IMG/VR virus record: IMGVR_UViG_3300032320_001880 | Location: 1-33,162 of that record | Reading direction: 5' to 3' (one strand) | Origin: a virus | Lineage: Duplodnaviria > Caudoviricetes | Length of the DNA: 33,162 nt | In this document: positions 1-9,687 of the stretch, in pieces | Numbering within the stretch: position 1 is the stretch's first letter | How the letters are laid out: every line of letters starts with the position of its first letter | Position numbers and translations under genes: made by a program | Notes under the pieces: model-generated | The model's input: the letters and a program-made list of their open reading frames with translations, nothing else | The model's database searches: none | Told to the model about the DNA's origin: nothing

Positions 1-141
1 AAAGGGGGGTTTATTTGTGGTGACGATTATGATAAGTTTTGGCAGGGGGTTATAAATGCGGTAAATGAAAAATTTAATAACGAGCATTATACTATTGGTA
101 ATAACACTATTGGTAATACCCAATGGGTTTACAAAAAATAA
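1..141 (+). CDS. C-terminal fragment of class I SAM-dependent methyltransferase (Methyltransf_24-like), 5' end outside window
   Basis: Frame 1 reads KGGFICGDDYDKFWQGVINAVNE...WVYKK* (TAA 139-141); GG-x-I-x-x-DDY...W-x-GV-x-x-AV-x-E is typical of this family. Not in ORF track. Confidence 0.7.
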   Translation, partial: KGGFICGDDYDKFWQGVINAVNEKFNNEHYTIGNNTIGNTQWVYKK

Positions 142-194
142 TTAATTACATTAATAAATGTGTATTTGAAATTAGCAAAAATAGAAAAGTAATA

Positions 195-201
195 TATTTA
201 T
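195..201 (+). promoter_or_regulatory. TATTTAT putative phage late promoter
   Basis: 4 nt before ATG 206; motif recurs before structural genes. Confidence 0.6.
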
Positions 202-205
202 ATGT

Positions 206-1744
206 ATGGCAATAAATGAAAGGTATGAAAATGTAGATAGTTACAGATTCATTGAAAAAAAAAGTAAAAATATGAAACCAAGATATAGAGAAATTACTAT
301 GGAGGATTTATTTGATGACGATGATGCTATGATTGTTGATGATGAATTAAATGAGATTGACGCTAAAACTCAAACAACTTTATCAAAAGATACTGATAGT
401 AAAACATATTATGTTCCAAGTAGTAAAATAGCAGATGCTGTTAAAATTAAAGATAGGAATGCTAATGTTGTTATCACAAAAGAATCTATGGATGGTGGAT
501 GTGGTTGTGGTGGAAAGAAAACCCTTAGAGAAGGTGGATGTGGATGTGGTGGAAAGAAAACCATCAGAGAAGCTGACATTATGGGTAGAAGAAGTTTACC
601 AGGTGCTGGTGGACCTGTTCCGGCTTTAACTGTAACTAATAAAGCATTAAAAGATAATGGTAAGGAAAATAGAGATTCTTACGAAGCAAGTATGAAGAAA
701 GTTTCTAAATTTAATGATATTAAATTAAAACAACCTTTTATTGATAATGAAGGTGTTATTAAAACAGCTACAAGTGCTGATGATAAATATACGAAGAAAT
801 ATCCTGTAAAAGATGAAGAAGCGTATTACGATCAATTAGCGAGAACTGGTAGTGGTATGGAGAGTTTGGATTATGATGTAGATCCATCTGATGAATGGAA
901 AGAAAAGTTCAAAAAGAACTTAAATGGTGATGAAAGTTTTATGTCTAAACTTACTAAAAAGAGAAAAGAAATTAAATTAAACTCACCTGTATATAACATC
1001 TTCCCTAGAGATGGAAAAATTGGAGACCAAGTTAATGTTTTCAATGGTATAGGTAAAAATAAAAATATTGAAAAATTAAACAGACAAAAAGGAATGAAAG
1101 AATCAGTATCATCTATCGTAGATAGAATAATAGAAGAAGCAATTGCCATTAGTGAAGGTAAAAAAGCTAAACCAGATTTCTTGGATTTAGATAAAGATGG
1201 TAATAAAAAAGAATCAATGAAAAAAGCAGCGAAAGATGCTAAGATGAAAAAAGTTAAACCATCAATGAAGAAATCTAAAATCTTCAAGAAGAAAGAAATG
1301 AAAGAATCTGAAGGTGGTTGGATGACTATTTTGAATAATAACGATATGAAAGAGATTAACTCAAAACCACAACCAATCGCTAAAAAACCATCTGATAACA
1401 TGAAAATATCAACAGGGTTTGCATCGATTAATTTAGGAACTTTAAGAGTTGAAAATGCTGAGAACTTAGACAAAGTTGTTATTCCAAATGAATATCAAAT
1501 TAATGGTTTAGTATTTGAAATTGCTGATAACAATAGAACTGCTAAAGTTAGATTTGAAGAAGGTGAATTAATCGTATTAGCTGATAAGAATAAGAAGATG
1601 ATTAATGAAGAAGCTTCTAAAATTATGAAGTTGATGAATTACAACTACAATACAAAGCCAGCGGCTAAGAGTGTAGTAAACGAAGATGTAAACGCAACTT
1701 TGAAGAAAATGTTGACCGAAGTTAAAGGTTTAGCAAAACAATAA
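206..1744 (+). CDS. Putative head/internal (core-like) protein with many prohead-protease-type [ILM]-x-E sites and an EF-hand-like loop
   Basis: Sites INE, LNE, LRE, IRE, MKE, ISE, INE, LTE; DFLDLDKDGNKKE DxDxDG loop; TATTTAT upstream; near terminase/portal. Confidence 0.55.
   Translation: MAINERYENVDSYRFIEKKSKNMKPRYREITMEDLFDDDDAMIVDDELNEIDAKTQTTLSKDTDSKTYYVPSSKIADAVKIKDRNANVVITKESMDGGCGCGGKKTLREGGCGCGGKKTIREADIMGRRSLPGAGGPVPALTVTNKALKDNGKENRDSYEASMKKVSKFNDIKLKQPFIDNEGVIKTATSADDKYTKKYPVKDEEAYYDQLARTGSGMESLDYDVDPSDEWKEKFKKNLNGDESFMSKLTKKRKEIKLNSPVYNIFPRDGKIGDQVNVFNGIGKNKNIEKLNRQKGMKESVSSIVDRIIEEAIAISEGKKAKPDFLDLDKDGNKKESMKKAAKDAKMKKVKPSMKKSKIFKKKEMKESEGGWMTILNNNDMKEINSKPQPIAKKPSDNMKISTGFASINLGTLRVENAENLDKVVIPNEYQINGLVFEIADNNRTAKVRFEEGELIVLADKNKKMINEEASKIMKLMNYNYNTKPAAKSVVNEDVNATLKKMLTEVKGLAKQ
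494..571 (+). repeat. Tandem 2 x 39-bp repeat encoding GGCGCGGKKT[LI]RE
   Basis: Units 494-532 and 533-571 nearly identical. Confidence 0.95.
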
Positions 1745-1778
1745 TATCTCTAATTAGGTGATAATAACATATTTAAGG

Positions 1779-1814
1779 GCCACAAAGAATAGAATAATTC
1801 CTTGTGGCTTTTTT
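1779..1814 (+). terminator. Intrinsic terminator
   Basis: GCCACAAAGAAT...ATTCCTTGTGGC stem followed by T6. Confidence 0.8.
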
Positions 1815-1863
1815 AATGCTTTATTTTCGAAGCATTTTAATTAAAATAAAGGTATAAAACAAA

Positions 1864-1870
1864 TATTTAT
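1864..1870 (+). promoter_or_regulatory. TATTTAT putative late promoter
   Basis: 4 nt before ATG 1875. Confidence 0.6.
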
Positions 1871-1874
1871 AAAA

Positions 1875-2555
1875 ATGGAATATACAGGTAAAACAACCAA
1901 CACACAGAAAAGAAAACCTAAAGGTGATATAAAGTATAATATTGACCTTAATGAAGAGCAAAAAAATGCTAAAAGGTTAATATTAGAAAATGACATCACA
2001 GTCCTTAAAGGACAAGCGGGTTCAGGTAAAACTCTTTTAGCCTGTTTAATTGCATTAGATATGTATAATAGAAGAGAGATTGAAAAGATTATTATTTGTC
2101 GTCCAGCGGTATCTAAAGAAGAAATTGGATTCTTACCAGGTGGAGCTGATGATAAATTACAACCATACATTCAACCATTACATAATAACTTCTATAAGCT
2201 ATACAATAAACAAAAGATAGATGAGATGATTAAAGAAGGTGTTATTCAAATGATACCATTGGCTTATATGAGAGGTCATACATTCCAAGATTCATTTATC
2301 ATTGCCGATGAGTGTCAAAACTTAATTCATACTCAAACAGAATTAATTATTGGTAGATTAGGTATGAGAAGTAAAATGGTTCTTTGTGGTGATACATCAC
2401 AAGTAGATTTAAGAAATAAAAAAGAATCAGGACTTTCATTTTTAGCTGGTTTAGATGGTAGAGTTAAAGGTTTTAAAGTTATTACACTTAAAGAAAACCA
2501 TAGACATCCTATCGTAGCTGAAGTATTAAATATTTACAAAGAATTCAATGACTAA
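1875..2555 (+). CDS. phoH: PhoH-family ATPase
   Basis: GQAGSGKT Walker A, RPAV, IGFLPG, PLAYMRG-x-TF, ADECQN, GDTSQVD, RHP motifs. Confidence 0.95.
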   Translation: MEYTGKTTNTQKRKPKGDIKYNIDLNEEQKNAKRLILENDITVLKGQAGSGKTLLACLIALDMYNRREIEKIIICRPAVSKEEIGFLPGGADDKLQPYIQPLHNNFYKLYNKQKIDEMIKEGVIQMIPLAYMRGHTFQDSFIIADECQNLIHTQTELIIGRLGMRSKMVLCGDTSQVDLRNKKESGLSFLAGLDGRVKGFKVITLKENHRHPIVAEVLNIYKEFND

Positions 2556-3024
2556 AATGGAAACTCCTAAAAACTTTATAGAATATATTGGAAAGTTTTT
2601 ACCTAAAGAAAAAACAAAAGATTTCTTTGCTCAACAGAATGTTAAAGTTGAGCAAACAGATTTGTTTATTGATTTCGCAATTACATTATTATCCATACTT
2701 CACGATAGTTATTTAGGTGATGATACGATTAATAATGATAATGATAGATATAGTCATTTCGGTTGGGTGTGGAGAAAAACAATAAATCAATATAAAAAGG
2801 AAAAGATTAAGTTTAAAGAAGATGGATACCACAGAGATTACTTTTGGTATTTCTTACACGAAAACTTCTATGTGGCAAAAGATAAAGATAAGATTCTTGT
2901 TGGTATGAAAGAGTTCTTTAGATCGGTATTAGATATTACTAGAGAAAAAACTATGAGTGATATTGATAATTTCCAAATCATATATGTAACATTAAAAGAG
3001 AATCTAGAGAATAAAATAAACTAA
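2548..3024 (+). CDS. Hypothetical protein
   Basis: 158-aa ORF overlapping phoH end; no recognisable motif. Confidence 0.75.
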   Translation: MTKMETPKNFIEYIGKFLPKEKTKDFFAQQNVKVEQTDLFIDFAITLLSILHDSYLGDDTINNDNDRYSHFGWVWRKTINQYKKEKIKFKEDGYHRDYFWYFLHENFYVAKDKDKILVGMKEFFRSVLDITREKTMSDIDNFQIIYVTLKENLENKIN

Positions 3025-3025
3025 G

Positions 3026-3032
3026 TATTTAT
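3026..3032 (+). promoter_or_regulatory. TATTTAT putative late promoter
   Basis: 5 nt before terminase ATG 3038. Confidence 0.6.
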
Positions 3033-3037
3033 TCTAT

Positions 3038-4726
3038 ATGAATGATATAGCAAGTGAATATTTAAGGTGTAGTATTGATTACGTTTATTTTATTGAGAAT
3101 TACTTAACAACATACGACCAAACAAAAGGAGGTAATGTTCCTTTTAAATTATTCCCAATTCAACAAAATATCTTAAAAAACTTTAAGAATGAAAGATATA
3201 ACCTAGCCCTTAAATACAGACAGGCTGGGTTATCTACTATTACAGCAGCCTACGTTTGTTGGATGTTATTGTTTGCTGATGAAGAATCCCCTGAGAAAGT
3301 TCTAATCGTAGCAAATAAAAGGGATACCGCAGCCTTAATGTTAAAAAAGGTTAATGAGTTTATCAATCAATGTCCTGATTGGATGTTTGATGTGGCTAAA
3401 GAACAAATGTATGCTAAATCAACAGAATTTCATAAAGTGATGTATAACAAATCTGAAGTTAAAGCCGTTGCAACATCAATGGATGCTTTAAGGGGTTATA
3501 CACCTACTCTAATGATTATTGACGAGGCGGCTCACATTGATAATATAGATGTGGAAGAGTTTTGGACTGCATCAATGGCAGCTCTATCAACAGGAGGTAG
3601 AGCAATCTTAATTTCAACACCAAATGGTAATGACTTATTATATTGGAAAACATATAACAATGCTAAATTAGGTAAGAATAAGTTTACTATAAATGAGATT
3701 AAATGGTATCAAGATCCAAGATATAACATCAATTTAATGTGGACAAAGGAAGATCAAACCATAGAGAATTGGAATCAAGAAGAATGGAAAGAATTAGTGA
3801 GGAATGGTTGGAAACCAACTTCGCCTTGGTATGAAGGTATGAAAGCTGATATGGATTCACCAAGAAAAGTAAGTCAGGAGATTGATGGTAATTTTGTGGG
3901 TTCAGGTAATACATTCGTTGCTGGTGAAGATATTGATAAACAAGAACAAGAAAATATAATAGATCCAATTAGGATTGAAGGTTTTGATAAATCTGTATGG
4001 ATATTTAAAGAACCTGAGAAAGGACATAGATACGCTGCTGGTTTAGATATTTCATTAGGACAATCTGACGACTGGAGTGTATTATCAATAGTTGATTTTG
4101 ATAGTTGGGAACAAGTATTTGAATGGAGAGGTAAGATGGCTCCAGATGTTGCTGCTGAGTTTATAATGAAATATTTGGAGATGTATGGTAATCCTATGTT
4201 GATAACTGACTTAACAGGTGGATTGGGTTTAATTTGTGTAAATAAGTTAAAAGAATTCGGATACAAAAACTTCTTTTATGATTATAAAGGTAAGGATATG
4301 TATGGTTATGTTAATAAAGATGAATTGGCTGCTGGTTTGGTAATCGGTTCATCAATAACAAGGATGAATGTGTTGGATTCATTTGAGAGGAATGTAAGAC
4401 AAGGGTTTAAAGTAAGAAGTCATAGGGTGTTATCTGAGATGAGAACTTTTATTGTAACAGCATCAGGTAGACCGGATCATATGAAAGGATGTAACGATGA
4501 CTGTTTATTTTCTTTAGCTTTGGCTTTATACTTATGTGAGGTTAGATTTAAGGAATTGACTAAAAATGAATCACAAATAAAATCATTATTAAGTTCTTGG
4601 ACTGTTGAATCTACAAGTAGTAATATACCAACATATAATTTACAAGAAAGAATAAATCCGGCAAAACAACAAATGGATCAAAAACAAATGCAAAATCAAT
4701 TTGGTTGGTTATTTGGTTTAAAATAA
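3038..4726 (+). CDS. terL: Terminase large subunit (T4 gp17-like)
   Basis: FKLFPIQ Q-motif, KYRQAGLST Walker A variant, LMIIDEAAH Walker B, ISTPNG coupling motif, RNase H-like GLDIS...DDWS and NDDCLFSLALA. Confidence 0.95.
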   Translation: MNDIASEYLRCSIDYVYFIENYLTTYDQTKGGNVPFKLFPIQQNILKNFKNERYNLALKYRQAGLSTITAAYVCWMLLFADEESPEKVLIVANKRDTAALMLKKVNEFINQCPDWMFDVAKEQMYAKSTEFHKVMYNKSEVKAVATSMDALRGYTPTLMIIDEAAHIDNIDVEEFWTASMAALSTGGRAILISTPNGNDLLYWKTYNNAKLGKNKFTINEIKWYQDPRYNINLMWTKEDQTIENWNQEEWKELVRNGWKPTSPWYEGMKADMDSPRKVSQEIDGNFVGSGNTFVAGEDIDKQEQENIIDPIRIEGFDKSVWIFKEPEKGHRYAAGLDISLGQSDDWSVLSIVDFDSWEQVFEWRGKMAPDVAAEFIMKYLEMYGNPMLITDLTGGLGLICVNKLKEFGYKNFFYDYKGKDMYGYVNKDELAAGLVIGSSITRMNVLDSFERNVRQGFKVRSHRVLSEMRTFIVTASGRPDHMKGCNDDCLFSLALALYLCEVRFKELTKNESQIKSLLSSWTVESTSSNIPTYNLQERINPAKQQMDQKQMQNQFGWLFGLK

Positions 4727-4736
4727 AAAGAATAAA

Positions 4737-4743
4737 TATTTAT
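4737..4743 (+). promoter_or_regulatory. TATTTAT putative late promoter
   Basis: 5 nt before portal ATG 4749. Confidence 0.6.
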
Positions 4744-4748
4744 ATAAT

Positions 4749-6599
4749 ATGGCAGATAATAATTTAACGATATTTCAGAGATTAGGTGTCTTATTGGGAC
4801 CTAACAATGAAAATAAAAGAAAAGTAAGTAAACCAACAAAACCTGTTGATCCATTATTAGTTACAACAAGTCCTCAAGAGTTTAATAAAACAAAGACAGA
4901 ACTCCAACAACAAAAATACATAAATGATTTATGGGGTAAGATTGAAAATGATATGTATGCTCGTTCAATCCACAATGAACCAACAAGGATGGCATCATAT
5001 TATGATTTTGAATCAATGGAGTTTTTCCCTGAGATTGCTGCGGCTTTGGATATTATGTCTGAAGAAGCGACAGTTCCATCAGAACAAGGTAAAGTATTAA
5101 CAATATTTTCAGAATCAGAAAGGGTTAGATCAATCCTTCAAGATCTTTTCAATAAGACATTGGATATTGAAACAAACTTACAAGCTTGGACAAGAAATAC
5201 AATTAAGTATGGTGATAACTTTGTTTATCTTCACTTAGATAATGATGAAGGTGTTGTTGGTTGTACTCAATTACCTACAATTGAAATTGAAAGATTTGAG
5301 GATACGGATTTAATTGCAAATAAAAAGAAAGTTAGATTTCAATACAAAACAAAAGATTTACAATTTGAACCATTTCAGATTGCTCACTTTAGATTATTAG
5401 GTGATGATAGAAAACTCCCTTATGGAACATCTATATTAGAAAAGGCTAGAAGGATTTACAGACAATTAGTAATGTCGGAAGATGCAATGTTAATTTATAG
5501 AGTTGTAAGAGCACCTGAAAGAAGAGTATTTAAAGTATTTGTTGGTAATATGGAGGATAGTGATATTGAGGCATACATCCAAAAAATAGCTAATAAGTTT
5601 AAGAGAGCACCTATTGTTGATAGTAAAACAGGACAAGTAGATTTAAGATATAATCAAGCGGGTATTGACCAAGATTGGTTTATCCCTGTTAGAAGTGAAA
5701 ATGCTGCTAACCCTATTGATACATTACCAGGAGCTGCACCATTACCTATTGATGATATTACTTACTTACAGAATAAATTATTTGCGGCTATTAGAGTACC
5801 AGCACCTTTCTTAGGTTTTGCTGAAGCTACAGGTGATGGTAAAAACTTATCATTATTAGATATTAGATTTTCAAGAACAGTAAATAGAATACAAAAAGCA
5901 ATGATTCAGGAATTGAATAAGATTGCAATTATACATTTATTTATGTTGGGTTATGAGGAAGAATTGGATAACTTTACATTGGCTTTAACAAACCCTTCAA
6001 CCCAAGCTGAATTATTGAAAATTGAATTGTGGTCACAGAAATTAGATGTATATTCAAAGGCAATGGCTGATGCTGGTAATGGTTTCTCAGCTATATCTAT
6101 GGTAAGAGCTAAAAAAGAAATATTAGGTATGTCAGATGAAGAAATCTCGTTAGATTTACAACAACAAAGAATAGAAAAAGCTGCAGCTGCTGAATTGGCT
6201 AATACACCATCAGTTATACCAAAAACAGGTGTATTTGATAAGGTTGATAAGATTTATGGTGTTAAACCTGGTGAAGGTGAACCTGTTCCTGCTGAAGGCG
6301 GAGGTGGAGCTGGTGGATTCGGTGGTGGTGAAGAAGCAGGTGGATTTGGTGGAGCACCTGAAGCCGGTGGATTCGGTGGTGGTGAAGCGCCTGGTGCAAC
6401 TCCTATTGGTGGTGGGGCTGAAACTGGTGGTGAAGCACCTGGTGCAACCCCTATTGGTGGACCTGAAGGAGCACCACAGGAATCATTCATACCTGGTAGA
6501 CATAAACCTTTAATAACTGAGAAGTTAATTAGTAAGACAGATAGTTATAATAGAGAAATAAAAGAAATGATAGAAAAAATTGATAAAAGTATTCTATAA
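4749..6599 (+). CDS. Portal vertex protein (T4 gp20-like)
   Basis: PEIAAALDI, YGTSILEKARRIYRQLVMSEDAMLIYRVVRAPERRVFKVFVGNM, DWFIPVR, IDTLPG; follows terL. Confidence 0.95.
   Translation: MADNNLTIFQRLGVLLGPNNENKRKVSKPTKPVDPLLVTTSPQEFNKTKTELQQQKYINDLWGKIENDMYARSIHNEPTRMASYYDFESMEFFPEIAAALDIMSEEATVPSEQGKVLTIFSESERVRSILQDLFNKTLDIETNLQAWTRNTIKYGDNFVYLHLDNDEGVVGCTQLPTIEIERFEDTDLIANKKKVRFQYKTKDLQFEPFQIAHFRLLGDDRKLPYGTSILEKARRIYRQLVMSEDAMLIYRVVRAPERRVFKVFVGNMEDSDIEAYIQKIANKFKRAPIVDSKTGQVDLRYNQAGIDQDWFIPVRSENAANPIDTLPGAAPLPIDDITYLQNKLFAAIRVPAPFLGFAEATGDGKNLSLLDIRFSRTVNRIQKAMIQELNKIAIIHLFMLGYEEELDNFTLALTNPSTQAELLKIELWSQKLDVYSKAMADAGNGFSAISMVRAKKEILGMSDEEISLDLQQQRIEKAAAAELANTPSVIPKTGVFDKVDKIYGVKPGEGEPVPAEGGGGAGGFGGGEEAGGFGGAPEAGGFGGGEAPGATPIGGGAETGGEAPGATPIGGPEGAPQESFIPGRHKPLITEKLISKTDSYNREIKEMIEKIDKSIL
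6298..6480 (+). repeat. Gly/Ala/Pro/Glu low-complexity repeats in portal C-terminus
   Basis: AGGFGG x3; GGEAPGATPIGG x2 (6378-6412 and 6426-6460, 2 mismatches). Confidence 0.9.
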
Positions 6600-6638
6600 T
6601 TGAATAACTACATATTTATTACTATAAAAAATACAATT

Positions 6639-7382
6639 ATGAGTTTTGGTAAAATTAAACAAGATATAAACAACATTTTATTTGAATCATATTCAGATAA
6701 AGATAGGTTTAAAATGATATTTAAGGAGTTTTATAACATCCTTAAAAACAATAAGACAATAAAAGAATATTATATTGTTTATTCAAATATAGAAACTAAA
6801 AAGTTTGATGATGTATCTGATGCTACAAGTTATCTAAATGAAAGTTTGGATTATCTTAAATCATTAGATGGTGATTTTTCATTAGCACATGATTTTATAT
6901 TAAAGTATAAATCAGAAAAAACATTTGCAAAAGAAACATTATTAGAAAATATTGATACATTATTACAAGACACAAAATCTAATTTAATTGAAAGTAGAAT
7001 GAGTGCTAAGAAATATTTGGTATCACATTTATTAACAAAGAAATCAGTATCAGATAATGTAGTTGAAGGAACATTACCAATAAAGGTTTATACTAACTTA
7101 ATAGCTAAGAAGTTTAATAAGAAGTATGAGAATCTTAATGAATGGGAAAAAGATTTAATTAAAACAATAATTAGTAATGATGAAAACAAATTATCTTCAA
7201 TTGAAGAAAGTATTGTTAAAGAAAACTTAGAATTGGTGAATAACAAAATCAATATCGGTGATACAGAATTAAAAGAAAAACTTTCTAAAGTTAAATTAAA
7301 ATTAGAAAATTATTCATCAGAAGATAAAAAAGATAGTATTATTAAGTTAATTAAATTAAAATCAGATTTAGAAACAATATAA
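6639..7382 (+). CDS. Hypothetical helical protein downstream of portal (possible head assembly/core protein)
   Basis: ATG 6639 after TATTTAT 6613-6619; LFES, LNES, LIES cleavage-like sites. Confidence 0.6.
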   Translation: MSFGKIKQDINNILFESYSDKDRFKMIFKEFYNILKNNKTIKEYYIVYSNIETKKFDDVSDATSYLNESLDYLKSLDGDFSLAHDFILKYKSEKTFAKETLLENIDTLLQDTKSNLIESRMSAKKYLVSHLLTKKSVSDNVVEGTLPIKVYTNLIAKKFNKKYENLNEWEKDLIKTIISNDENKLSSIEESIVKENLELVNNKINIGDTELKEKLSKVKLKLENYSSEDKKDSIIKLIKLKSDLETI

Positions 7383-7413
7383 AGAAATTGACTTTTCCCG
7401 AAGTTAAACAGGT

Positions 7414-7451
7414 AAAACCCACACTAGATTTATTTTAGTTGTGGGTTTTTT
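7414..7451 (+). terminator. Intrinsic terminator
   Basis: AAAACCCAC...GTGGGTTTTTT hairpin. Confidence 0.8.
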
Positions 7452-7480
7452 ATTTCCATTTTTTTATTTATATTTGCCGT

Positions 7481-7747
7481 ATGAGGTCTTTAAAAAACAA
7501 AAACATTTACTTTATCTGTGATGGTAATTGCAACACAATCTATTCTATGTTAGGAATAACAGAAGATAGCGTTAATATTATGGCGGTAAAAAATGATACA
7601 ATAGGTGATGCTAATGATTTATTCACATTAGTTCTTGAAAACTTTAATAAGATGAGAATCAAGTATTTAAACAACCGAATAGTTAAAAAAATTAATAGTG
7701 GTGAAATATTAATTGAAGATTTATACACAGAATATTTTGTAAATTAA
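7481..7747 (+). CDS. Hypothetical protein
   Basis: ATG 7481 is 4 nt after TATATTTG (7469-7476). Confidence 0.65.
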   Translation: MRSLKNKNIYFICDGNCNTIYSMLGITEDSVNIMAVKNDTIGDANDLFTLVLENFNKMRIKYLNNRIVKKINSGEILIEDLYTEYFVN

Positions 7748-7766
7748 AAAAATAGTTGTATATTTG
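7736..7766 (+). promoter_or_regulatory. Bacteroidota-type sigma70 promoter (-33/-7)
   Basis: TTTG 7736-39, 19-nt spacer, TATATTTG 7759-66. Confidence 0.8.
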
Positions 7767-7770
7767 TAGT

Positions 7771-8910
7771 ATGGATAAAAATAAATTAGACAGATTAAAA
7801 GAAATCCTTTCGATTCCATCATTGTATGGTAGGGAAGAAAAGGTGCGTAACTATATATCACAATGGGCTATTGCTCGTAATATACCTTTTTACATTGATG
7901 TAACAGGTAATATTTACTTGACAAAAGGACAATCTGATAGTTACCCTTGTATGGTTGCTCATATGGATACTGTCCATAAAATTCAGGAAAGTGGTATTGA
8001 TATTGTTGAAGAAACTTATGTAATGAATAGAACTGATTATTCTAGCGTATGTGAGGGTAAACAAGTTCTTCGTGGTTATATTGGTGGTAAAGAACATACA
8101 TTCGAAAATAGAACAGGTTGTGGTGGTGATGATAAAGCTGGTATCTTCTTGGCTCTTGAAATAATGGATAAGTTTGACATTATGAAATGTGCTTTCTTTA
8201 TTTCAGAAGAGATTGGCTGTATCGGTTCAAGTAAAGCCGATCCTAAATTCTTTGAGAATGTGGCTTATACAATTCAACACGATTCACCTGAGAATGATAC
8301 TATTTCTTGGTATTGTTCAGGTTATCAGTTATTCAGCGAAGAATGGGCTAAACCTGATGTTGTTGTTGATGAAGAAACAGGTGAAGAAAGATATGAAGGT
8401 AAAATTGGTGATTTGTTATACAATCACGGTGTAAGGGTATTTGCTCGTCACCCATATACAGATGTAAGTCAATTAAAGAAAAACTTTGACTTCCAATGTA
8501 TCAATTTACCAGCGGCATACTACCATTATCATTCAAGCAATGAGTGTGTATTGATTGAAGGTATTGAAATAGCCTTTAATTTATCTGTGGCTATTATTGA
8601 AAGATTGGGTAATGAAAAACAATCATTCGAACAACAAGTATCAAATTATGGTAGTTATAGTGGTGGAAACGCTTATGGTTATAACAATAACACAGGTGGA
8701 ACTTCTAATAATTGGGTTAGTAAGCAACCTTTATCTCCAATTGAGATTAAGAAAAGAGTAATGACATACTTCCAAAAGAAATATGGTATAAGTGATGATG
8801 AGTTTATGTTTTTATATGATGGACTTCATTATTACCTTGATGATTTCAACGGACAAAAAAGTATCAATGAAGTAATAAAAGAATATAAAGAATCACCATT
8901 TTTCTACTAA
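7771..8910 (+). CDS. M20/M28-family zinc metallopeptidase
   Basis: AHMDTVH, GGDDKAG, SEEIGCIGS, YTD, YHYHSSNE metal-ligand motifs. Confidence 0.85.
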   Translation: MDKNKLDRLKEILSIPSLYGREEKVRNYISQWAIARNIPFYIDVTGNIYLTKGQSDSYPCMVAHMDTVHKIQESGIDIVEETYVMNRTDYSSVCEGKQVLRGYIGGKEHTFENRTGCGGDDKAGIFLALEIMDKFDIMKCAFFISEEIGCIGSSKADPKFFENVAYTIQHDSPENDTISWYCSGYQLFSEEWAKPDVVVDEETGEERYEGKIGDLLYNHGVRVFARHPYTDVSQLKKNFDFQCINLPAAYYHYHSSNECVLIEGIEIAFNLSVAIIERLGNEKQSFEQQVSNYGSYSGGNAYGYNNNTGGTSNNWVSKQPLSPIEIKKRVMTYFQKKYGISDDEFMFLYDGLHYYLDDFNGQKSINEVIKEYKESPFFY

Positions 8911-8911
8911 T

Positions 8912-9625
8912 ATGGGAAACACATCAAATAAAAATAATCTCGTATTCCTTGAACCTGTCGAGCATAAATACTATAATAGGGAAACAGGTGAGCAATATAC
9001 ATCTATATCTGCAATCTTGGGTAAATATAAATCTAAGTTTGAAGAAGATAAGATTGCCGCAGCCATTGCTAGACGTGATGGTAGGAAAAAAGAAGATATT
9101 ATCGCTGAATGGAGAGCCATTAATAAAGAAGCAACTGACTTTGGAACTTATAAGGTTCATAATCCGATTGAAGATTATATCAACGCTAAGGGGTTTTATT
9201 TCCCTACGGATGATTATGAAAAGCAAGTAATCGAAGCATTTAAGAGATTGGATTTATTGAGGGCTGAAACCATAATGGCTGAAGAATGTTTATGGATTGA
9301 TGAAAAGAAAGTTGCTGGAACTTCCGATTTAGTATTGGATTATGGTGATTATTTTGATATCAATGACTACAAATCTAATAAGAAATTGACTTATAAGAAT
9401 GATTATGGGAATTGGATGAAGGGTTGTTTATCACACTTATCGGATTGTTCATACAATGCTTACGCTATTCAATTAAGCTTTTACGCTTATATGTATCAAT
9501 TAAGAACTGGTAAGAAACTCAGGGAGTTAAAGATTTTATGGTGGAATAGGGAAACTATGGATTTTGATAGAGTTCCTCTACCCTATATGAAATATGAGGT
9601 TTTAGAGATTTTAAAAGAAATCTAA
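8912..9625 (+). CDS. PD-(D/E)XK exonuclease-like protein
   Basis: FGT-x-x-x-H, AGTSDL...INDYKSN, YAIQLSFYAYM. Confidence 0.85.
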   Translation: MGNTSNKNNLVFLEPVEHKYYNRETGEQYTSISAILGKYKSKFEEDKIAAAIARRDGRKKEDIIAEWRAINKEATDFGTYKVHNPIEDYINAKGFYFPTDDYEKQVIEAFKRLDLLRAETIMAEECLWIDEKKVAGTSDLVLDYGDYFDINDYKSNKKLTYKNDYGNWMKGCLSHLSDCSYNAYAIQLSFYAYMYQLRTGKKLRELKILWWNRETMDFDRVPLPYMKYEVLEILKEI

Positions 9626-9632
9626 AAATAAT

Positions 9633-9663
9633 TTTGTAAATTAAAAATAAATAACTATATTTG
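9633..9663 (+). promoter_or_regulatory. Bacteroidota-type sigma70 promoter
   Basis: TTTG 9633-36, 19 nt, TATATTTG 9656-63. Confidence 0.8.
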
Positions 9664-9687
9664 TATCACAATTAATAAGAAGAAAAT

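Noticed and set aside
2548-3024. Small terminase subunit
   Set aside because: Only position supports it; no recognisable motif, and terL has its own upstream motif.
3208-3243. Inactive terminase because Walker A lacks the canonical Lys (RQAGLST)
   Set aside because: All other motifs are intact and an upstream Lys (KYRQ) is present; likely a lineage variant.
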